Below are positions 18,801 to 23,944 of a stretch of DNA of 23,944 bases, in pieces; within the stretch, counting starts at the first letter, position 1; every line of letters begins with the position of its first letter. The notes under the pieces are model-generated. The model saw nothing but the letters and a program-made list of their open reading frames with translations. It did not search any database and was not told the origin of the DNA. The stretch is from Azolla caroliniana (lineage: Eukaryota > Plantae > Polypodiophyta). Location of the stretch: the NCBI GenBank assembly GCA_043228905.1, contig JBHGNT010000461.1:1-23944 (forward strand), given 5' to 3'. The position numbers and the translations under genes are program-made.

Positions 18801-19220
18801 GTCTAGTTGTTACGACGACACATCTCTACTACCCGTCCATTTGAGAAACTTGATTACAAAAAGTTGGGACCATTCTATATAGTTGAGCGCATCAATCTCG
18901 TCGCCTTCCGGTTGGCCCTTCCATCCCATTTCCGGATTCATGATATTTTTCATGTCTCCCTCCTCGAGCCCCATTATGGTTCGCAATTCCCATGACGCTA
19001 AGCCCCCCCCCCCCCCCCACCACCACCTGTGCAATTGACAACAGGCGAGGAATACGAGGTCAACCAAATACTTGACTCACGTTTGCACCGTCAGCACCTG
19101 CAATACCTCGTCTTGTGAAAAGGTTACCCCTTGTCTGACGCCACGTGGGAACCCGCAAAGAATTTATAAAATGCCCCAGAGGTGGTTCAAGATTTTCATC
19201 TCCGATATCCCCACAAACCG
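15820..19220 (+). pseudogene. pol: Pol of B: protease, RT, RNase H, integrase, chromodomain; decayed
   Basis: LLNSRAS (decayed LLDSGAS) and IILGLSW; [13 protein letters not shown]; YKVMPFGLTNAP; VIYLDDILIFS; NYPIYEKEL, TDHKNL; CHDDPLVGHFG; MDLITDLP, SDRGPQF; LGPF. Confidence 0.95.
19047..19220 (+). other. Chromodomain-coding segment of B, with two stops
   Basis: [56 protein letters not shown]. Cage positions Y, W (now TGA) and Y are recognisable. Preceded by a C16 run (19003-19018) in a proline-rich linker. Confidence 0.9.
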
Positions 19221-19244
19221 GCGACGGGTTTGGGAAGGCGGCGT

Positions 19245-19258
19245 AGGAGGGGGGATAA
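19245..19258 (+). promoter_or_regulatory. Polypurine tract of B
   Basis: AGGAGGGGGGATAA directly before the TG of the 3' LTR. Confidence 0.9.
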
Positions 19259-19639
19259 TGTCATAGACTCGAACCTCTAACCTATAACACACCCAATACT
19301 TAGTATTAGATAAACCTTTTGGAAACCCTTAAGTTATATGTAAAGTATATGGTTAATATTATATAGTCGAGCATATAGAATATTCTATTGTTTAGTATAT
19401 ACTAGAAATGTTGTATGGTATATTCTAGACAAGTATATTCTAGAGATATTTCTCGGGTATATTCTAGAGATATTTCTTAGGTATATTCTAGAGATATTCA
19501 ATCTCAGAACTTGTATAAATATGTGCGTTCACCTAGATTATAATCAAGGTGAACAACACCAGTTATGGAGTCTTTCAATTAATCAACTCATCCCTTTGAT
19601 TATCTTCTACTCTCTTGTGTATATCTTGTACTCCTGACA
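19259..19639 (+). repeat. 3' LTR of B (381 bp)
   Basis: TGTCATAG...CTCCTGACA; homologous to 7505-7826. Confidence 0.95.
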
Positions 19640-20580
19640 GTCTCCTCTTCTCCTCTACCATCACATCATAATCAGTGGGAATAGTTGGATCACTCCAGTC
19701 AGTCCTTTGACAACCATCTTCAATGCAAATAGTCTGAATAGTTGGTTCTTGCTTTGGCATTTCAATTAGTCAACCTACGGTTGAAGTAGAATGGAAAATA
19801 GCTTGTGCATATCAAAGCTCTTCTTCCTCCAAGAGCTTTTTCATTCCTCCTCGCCCAAAATTTGTCTTCAGTGGTTGTCGAGTCACAGATCAGTGGATCA
19901 ACCGATCCTTGTAGAATATGAGGTTCTTTTGCATAGCCTCCAAATGCTCCACACACTCTGATCTTCAATGCTCCAATCTGTCACACCATAAGCATCGAAA
20001 ATCCCTAGTCGGAAGAGTTTGTTGCACTTGTGGCTGATGTTGCACCTTCGACATGGAAGAAATCTTCCACTCCATGAATAGGTACACCCACTTATCCACG
20101 TCACTTGGTTGTGTTTTTTTCATAAATACCTAGATCCCTGTTCCTTTTTACTTAGAGAGGAGGTCAGAGTAACATTTCCAAGTCCCTTCGAGTCCAGTCA
20201 TGTCCATCTTTTCTCATATCAAAGATAGATGGACCGAATTCAGCTCCAATCCTCCTCCCAACTTGTTTCTAACTAACCTGATTCCATAAGTTTCCCTAGC
20301 TCTACCATATCCACATAGGGAACTGAGCGAAGGAAGAAAACCATCTTCTCTAGTTCAAGCAAAGTTTGCTCCCGAACTGAGAGTTGTCGAAACTTTACTT
20401 CAAAATCAACAAGGGTATTTAGAACTGACCCATGCTTCTTGTCTGATCCCACCCAAGCTTCAAATGCACGTTAGGTCATCTTGGTGGAATCAACATAATT
20501 GAAAACACGAAGCAGATCATGACAAAATGCCTCCCAATCGACATCTTGCGTCTAAAGCTCTTCTATGATAGGAAGAACAA
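19640..20580 (-). pseudogene. gag: Gag fragment of F with many stops
   Basis: DWEAFCHDLL...AFEAWVGSDKK...DFEVKFRQLSVREQTLLELEKMVFFLRSV...EEDWS; RCLWCDRLEH*RSEC...PLKTNFGRGGMKKL. Alignable to the A and C gag proteins. Confidence 0.8.
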
Positions 20581-21201
20581 AAAACCTACCCATGAAGACA
20601 AAAAACCTTGTATCGTTTCACTGATATAACACAAGTTCGAAAGCCCTTGGAATAAGCTTTCCAACGAGTATAGACAGTTGAAAACAAACATCAAAATTGA
20701 GAGTTATGAATAAAACACCCTACACAACTAACCCTCAAACACGGAAGAAGAAAGAATGCCAAATAGAAAATCTCTATTTCTTCGAGAAGGAAAAAAAAAA
20801 CTTTTACAAAATATGACTCTTTGATTGTTCCCCCTCATGATAATAATCCTCTCCCTCTTATACTAAATGGATGATTTTACATATTTCCATGTGGTACACC
20901 CCTAGAGAAGCATGTGCATGTACGTTATATAAAAGCATGTTGGCCATGTGGCACACATGTAGAGAAGCTTTGCATGTGCATTATATGGTGCGCATACAAT
21001 ACATTACATGGTTTGGATATAAATCCCTAATAACAATAATACTAAAGAAACTTGAGTCTAGAATGTAAATCAATTCCAATGAGTCAAATCAAGTGGACCT
21101 CGAAGGAGTGTTGGGTCATCGAACCAAGTCGGGATGCTTGGTTGTAATTGAGGCAAGTGCAGAATCGCGGTGGCACCAGTCGGTCGCCTCACTATACGAC
21201 A
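19640..21201 (-). mobile_element. Element F: old deleted relative of A and C (LTR part plus gag fragment), inserted in copia E and bounded on the left by B
   Basis: Minus strand starts TGTCGT at 21201, as in A and C, exactly where the E gag breaks. TATAAGAGGGAGAGG at 20862-20848. Gag homology from about 20580 leftwards. LTR end, PBS and gag start are deleted. Confidence 0.7.
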
Positions 21202-22620
21202 TCAGCATAGTGCGACCTTTGTCGGATCCCTTGCTAGACCTTGCAGGATCTGGATTTTTCTGAATTGGCACATTTCTTCCCGCACTCTCTCTCCTTGTGG
21301 CCTTCCTTGCCACAGTACCAGTGTTCCGTGTCAACCTTCGATTACCGGTTTTCAGCACCAACTTGACCCACCTTGACTCCCCCTACTCGTGGAGGGTCGG
21401 GAACTGTTGTCGGCATGTCGGTTATGCCTCATTGCTTGCTCTTGTCGGTCGTCACCATTGTTGATCCACCTCGCCCCCCCCACGCCCACGAGGCCAATTC
21501 ACCCCTATGTACAACATTCAGTTGTCCAATTGAGTCGTCTTCGATCCACTCGCGTGGTTTGCTTCGACCATTAGCATCAATTGTAAGTAGAAGAAGGACA
21601 TTGACTTCTCCCGGGAGGATATCGTTGTTCGGATTGGCCCGTACTTTTGCGCTAGACCACCGAGACAAATCTATACCATTTCATCTTTGTCCACCGTCAC
21701 ATTAATGGACCCCAAAGCATCATAGATCTCCTTTATCTTGGTGGTGTAATCTGTAACCAACATGTCCCTTTGTTGGATGTTGTTGAGCTCAACTTCTGGG
21801 CCGTGGTACTAGCGGCGAAAATCTTTTTAAGATTTTCCCAAGCTTCCTTCTTCGTTTTTGCATCTTTGATATCGCCGAGCATTTGATTGTACACACAAGA
21901 CATGAGGCAGTACAACACTCTGCTCACTACTTGTGTCGGCTCTAGTGCTGCTTCATTTGCTAGTAGCCGTGTCCCAACAGGTACTAGTGCATCTTGTATG
22001 ACCAAGATGCATAGTTGCTCCGGTCGAGCTTTTCTGTAGGAAGCAAGCTTACCATGCTTCTATCCATTCTTTGCTTCTTTCTTTCAACTCTTTAGTAGAA
22101 TCTTTACCGGAAGCTAGGTATTGGTTTGCCTAAGCTCTTTCGGTCGGCAGCAGGGGATTCTCAACCCTTGCGCTCAGTTACCATATAGACACAACCGACT
22201 TCGTCGGATAGCAACAGAAATATATATTATGCACGTTTAATAGAAAGCTTGAAACACACATAGAGTATGCAAGGGAGATAGAGAGACTAGAACACACAGA
22301 AACTACATATTCAAAAAATACTTTGTACATACAATGTCCTCTGTGAGCACTTTTATTCAAGTCCTTAAATGAACTGACAGAAGTACTGACATGTACTTCA
22401 ATGCTCATAAATGAGCGATGGCACAAACTCCCAAAAAATATGTCTATCTAATATGTTAGGACCATAGGCCTCTAACGGCCTACCGATTACACATTGAGCA
22501 GGATACTGATCCGGTTCCCTACTCCGGATACCGATGCGGCTCTTGATTCCGGATGCCACTCCGGCTCTTCGTTCCAGATACCTATCCAGACACTGATCCG
22601 ATTCTTCGTTCCGGTTTACG
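21202..22620 (-). mobile_element. Element E: decayed copia of the same family as D (LTR, PBS and gag only)
   Basis: Gag from ATG 22067 (MDRSMVSLLPTEKLDRSNYASW; EAWENLKKIFAASTTAQKL; WYCGKEGHKEREC). Decayed PBS GCTCAGTTACCA at 22172-22183. LTR about 22184-22620 shares motifs with the D LTR. Confidence 0.85.
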
Positions 22621-23944
22621 ATCTAGCTCTTGCTTATTTAGTTGATTTAGATCATGTTCAGCTTGTCCCGCTCAACAATGTGGTGCATGCAAACAATGCC
22701 TCTTATCATGTCATTCGAGTAGGAGAAATTGAGCGTACGATTGCTAATGGAGGTGTTGTCATCTTGAAGAATGTATTGTATGTGGCCGGTATCAAGAAGA
22801 ACTTAATTTTGGTTCCTTTGATTGCAAAAGTTGGACTTCATATACATTTTGTTGATGATAAGTGTATGGTTCATGGTTTCAGCGATGGTGATGTTATCGT
22901 GATGTCTAGTACATTATGCAATTTCTTATATCGCTTGGATACATACAAGAGGGCGGCCCTAAATGCCTTGGTGGTCCATACTTCTTCCATGGCTGAAATG
23001 GAGCTTTTGGCATACTCATTTTGGTCACTTGAACTTCAATAGTTTGCTCCACTTGCAATCGAAGGATATGGTTTTTGGGTTGCCTACACTTGAGTCCATT
23101 GAAAAGCATGCATGTGAAGGTTGCATTCTTGGAAAAATGCATCGTGCTTCTTTTCCAAAAGATGACTACACACACTACAAGAAAATTACAGGTTGTTCAT
23201 AGTGATGTGTGTGGTTCCGTGAAGACTCCATCTTTTGGAAAGCATGTATATTTTGTTACCTTCATTGATGATGCTACTCGGCATACATGGATGCATCCTA
23301 TGAAACCAAAGAATGAGGTATTTTCTTGCTTCAAATCATTTTTAGCTATGGCTGAAAATGTTTCTGGAAATAAGCTCTTGACTCTACGCACGAATCATGG
23401 CGGTGAATACATGTCATAAGAGTTTAATGCTTTTCTTTGTGAAAGAGTTATTTCACATCAATGTACTATGTCATATACACCTCAGCAAAATGGTGTTGCA
23501 GAGCACAAAAATAGAACACTCTTGGAGATGGCATGATGGATGGTTAAAGGAAAGCATCTTCCTAACAAGTTTTGGATGGAAGCAATTATGTGTGCAAATT
23601 ATGTGTTGAATCGTTGCCCTACAAAAGCATTGAGAATCATTACTCCTTATGAGGCTTGGAATGGACATAAAGCTATTGTCAGTCATATGTGTGTGTCTAG
23701 TCATTTGGCATATGCTCTTGTGCCATCACAACAACGTCACAAACTTGATGACAAGGCAAAGAAATGCATATTTGTTTGTTATAGCACTGAAAGTAAGGGA
23801 TATCGTTTGTACCATCTATTGACGGACACAATTATTGTGAGTCGAGATGTGGTATTTGCTGAAAATTGAGCTTTCCCTTTTCTTGAATGCAAAAAACAGC
23901 CAACAATTAGCTCACAAGATGTGTTTGATACGTCATGCCTTTGT
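22621..23944 (+). pseudogene. Element G: copia protease (C-terminal part), GAG-pre-integrase and integrase; decayed and continuing beyond the right edge
   Basis: LKNVLYVAGIKKNLI; WHTHFGHLN; CEGCILGKMHR; VHSDVCG; LRTNHGGEY; TPQQNGVAEHKNRTLLEMA; KCIFVCYSTESKGYRLY; VSRDVVF. The left boundary is approximate. Confidence 0.92.

Larger units (their letters stand above)
7505..19639 (+). mobile_element. Element B: decayed chromovirus (Ty3/gypsy, Tcn1-like) containing nested element C
   Basis: Two homologous LTRs, gag-PR-RT-RH-INT-chromodomain order, PPT, and a self-priming-type PBS. Confidence 0.93.

Overview
This is a plant-type nest of LTR retrotransposons with no intact host gene. The element families suggest a non-seed plant (fern, lycophyte or bryophyte), which is an inference. 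Left to right: (A) a minus-strand Ty3/gypsy element with a 1000-bp LTR (1403-2402), a tRNA-Trp PBS and an uninterrupted gag-like ORF of at least 453 codons that runs off the left edge and is missing from the ORF track. A is inserted into the RT of (D), a decayed minus-strand Ty1/copia (2403-~5911). Next come a probable MYB C-terminal fragment, a 29-bp tandem array and a copia-type LTR (~5950-7506). (B) is a decayed Tcn1-like chromovirus (7505-19639) with a Tf1-type self-priming PBS and a chromodomain. (C) is a full-length but decayed fungal-like gypsy element (8935-15815) nested in B, with a 4-bp TSD, a tRNA-Trp PBS and a -1 frameshift signal between protease and RT. (F) is a third, older relative of A and C (19640-21201), inserted into (E), a relative of copia D (21202-~22620). 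(G) is a plus-strand copia protease-integrase fragment running off the right edge. The most notable signals are the self-primer with an antisense copy in U3, the PR/RT frameshift pseudoknot, the intact gag with a non-canonical tail, and a tRNA-like Pol III relic inside an LTR. All alignments and counts were done by eye.
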